NCBI GenBank assembly: GCA_049323935.1
Contig: JBMONN010000009.1
Location: forward strand, 11,216-75,215
DNA from: Thermodesulfobacteriota bacterium
GTDB taxonomy: Bacteria; Desulfobacterota; Desulfobulbia; Desulfobulbales; SURF-16
Length of the DNA: 64,000 nucleotides
Reading direction: 5' to 3'
Positions 62,580-64,000 of this stretch are shown here, piece after piece (positions within the stretch are counted from its first letter, which is position 1; each line of letters opens with the position of its first letter). Position numbers and translations under genes: made by a program. Under the pieces are notes generated by a model, which did no database searches, had not been told where the DNA came from, and saw only the letters and a program-made list of their open reading frames with translations.

Positions 62580-64000
62580 ATGATGCCAAACGATATCTAC
62601 CCCTATTATCTGGCCAATGAGCCGGTCTTTGCCAACACCGATTTGGCGGTGACGGACAAGTTCAGCGGTCGGATCGCCTGCCGGGTCGCCCTGGCCGATG
62701 AAACGGCGATCGACCGGGCCATTGCCCTGGCGGTGGCGGCGGAACGGCCGATGCGGGAGCTGCCCTCCTATCGCCGCCAGGAGATTCTGCGGCACTGCGT
62801 GGAGCGTTTTACCGCCAGAGCCGAGGATCTGGCCCGTATTCTCTGCATCGAAGCGGGCAAGCCGATCCGCGACAGCCGGGGCGAGGTGGCCCGTCTCATC
62901 GAGACCTTCACCATCGCGGCGGAAGAGGCGGTGCGCCGCAGCGGCGATTTTCTGCCCCTCGACCGCAGTTCGCGCACCGCCGGCTATCTCTCGGTGAGCA
63001 AGCGGGTGGCGGTGGGGGCCTGTTCCTTTATCTCGCCCTTCAACTTTCCCCTCAATCTGGCGGCCCACAAGATCGCCCCGGCCATTGCCGCCGGCTGCCC
63101 TTTTGTCCTCAAACCGGCGAGCCTGACTCCGGTCGGGGCGCTCCTCATCGGTGAGATCCTCGCCGAAACCGATCTGCCTGCCGGAGCCTTTTCCATTCTG
63201 CCCTGTCGTCGTGACGGGGCGAGACTCTTCACCGAGGATGAACGGTTGAAGCTCGTCAGTTTTACCGGTTCGCCGGAGGTGGGCTGGGAGCTGAAAAAGA
63301 AGGCGGGCCGCAAGAAGGTGGTGCTGGAACTGGGCGGCAATGCCGCCTGCATTGTCGATCACGATGCCGATCTCGACGACGCGGTGGCCCGCATCCTCAT
63401 CGGCGCCTTTTACCAGTCCGGCCAGAGCTGCATCAGCGTCCAGCGAATTCTGATCCATGACAAAATCTATGATACCTTCGCGGCGCGACTGACCGCAGCC
63501 GCGGCCGCTCTTGTCATGGGCGATCCGGCCGATGAGGAGACCTTCATCGGCCCGCTGATCAGTGAGCGCGAGGCCGGGCGGCTTGAAGAATGGATAGACG
63601 AGGCGGTGGCGGCTGGCGGCCGGCTGCTCTGCGGCGGCCGGCGCCAGGGCGCCTTTCTCCCCGCAACCCTGCTTGCCGATGTGCCGCGGGATGCCAGGAT
63701 CTGCCGACAGGAGGCCTTCGGCCCGGTGGCGGTGCTTTCCCGTTTTCACTCCTTTGCCGAGGCCCTGGCCGAGGCCAATGACAGTCGCTTCGGCCTGCAG
63801 ACCGGCATCTTCAGCCGCGATCTCTTCAAGGCGCTGCGTGCCTGGGACGAACTGGAGGTGGGCGGGGTGATCATCAACGACGTTCCCTCCTGGCGGGCCG
63901 ATCAGATGCCCTACGGCGGGGTGAAGGACAGCGGCCTCGGTCGGGAAGGCATCCGCTACGCCATGGAGGATATGAGCGAGATCCGCCTTATGGTTGTCAG
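62580..64000 (+). CDS. Aldehyde dehydrogenase family protein (3' end outside window)
   Basis: Not in the ORF track because there is no stop in the window. Frame is open from ATGATG 62580. FISPFNFPLNL, FTGS..VG, ELGGNA and the catalytic context GQSCISVQR. EAFGPV. Confidence 0.85.
   Translation, partial: MMPNDIYPYYLANEPVFANTDLAVTDKFSGRIACRVALADETAIDRAIALAVAAERPMRELPSYRRQEILRHCVERFTARAEDLARILCIEAGKPIRDSRGEVARLIETFTIAAEEAVRRSGDFLPLDRSSRTAGYLSVSKRVAVGACSFISPFNFPLNLAAHKIAPAIAAGCPFVLKPASLTPVGALLIGEILAETDLPAGAFSILPCRRDGARLFTEDERLKLVSFTGSPEVGWELKKKAGRKKVVLELGGNAACIVDHDADLDDAVARILIGAFYQSGQSCISVQRILIHDKIYDTFAARLTAAAAALVMGDPADEETFIGPLISEREAGRLEEWIDEAVAAGGRLLCGGRRQGAFLPATLLADVPRDARICRQEAFGPVAVLSRFHSFAEALAEANDSRFGLQTGIFSRDLFKALRAWDELEVGGVIINDVPSWRADQMPYGGVKDSGLGREGIRYAMEDMSEIRLMVV

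Noticed and set aside
60752-63749. 603-aa and 476-aa minus-strand ORFs opposite the als-like and aldehyde dehydrogenase genes
   Set aside because: Antisense artefacts. They also run through the GGATTKCGGA repeat, producing IRNPKSEIRNP-type pseudo-peptides.
1-64000. Search for CRISPR arrays, tRNA/rRNA/tmRNA/RNase P/SRP RNA, riboswitches (cobalamin box near cobU and DUF4198), transposases, integrases, phage or defence-system genes
   Set aside because: No spaced direct-repeat array, no tRNA-like T-arm consensus, no B12-box-like sequence and no mobile-element protein genes were seen by eye. This is a limited manual scan, and covariance-model searches (tRNAscan-SE, Infernal/Rfam) would be needed for certainty.

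Overview
GC-rich chromosomal segment. The gene content (several sigma-54 and MCP signalling genes, MucR, YkgJ, MauE/rhodanese genes, LPS-core genes, UGA-recoded genes) looks like a sulfur- or sulfate-metabolising deltaproteobacterium; that assignment is inference only. I call about 55 protein genes. I saw no rRNA, tRNA, CRISPR array, transposase or prophage genes. Ordinary blocks: HDOD + GGDEF pair, mucR-like, murI-lolA, cobU-cobD-yfcE, an S1-domain protein, the rfaE-yicC-remA-gmk-rlmB operon, dnaE, trm112-like, msbA, comM, and acetolactate-synthase-like + aldehyde dehydrogenase. Accessory blocks: TonB/TonB-dependent receptor + sigma-54 activator; Trx-like/short CheR/MCP/CheW + PocR hybrid kinase; a rhodanese/MauE/MCP island; and a long LPS-core operon (WaaG-like, three Kdo/WaaP-type kinase domains, GT4, methyltransferase, sulfotransferase, GT39, GT9). 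Main observations: (1) Two genes only make sense if an in-frame TGA is read as selenocysteine. One is a triple-rhodanese lipoprotein (31306..32628, split into two ORFs by the track; its TGA aligns with a Cys in the neighbouring paralogue). The other is an ArsC/Spx-like UxxC protein (58311..58655). Each has a small GC hairpin at SECIS distance. (2) A REC-sensor-PAS-AAA+ sigma-54 activator is split by a -1 frameshift exactly at an in-phase A AAA AAG heptamer. (3) A bacterial cereblon-like (CULT) domain protein sits in a tightly coupled three-gene cassette. (4) An orphan RiPP-type B12/radical-SAM enzyme has no visible precursor. (5) At least three families of hairpin/MITE-like repeats sit in promoter-proximal gaps. 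All functional calls come from motif recognition by eye; no database search was run.
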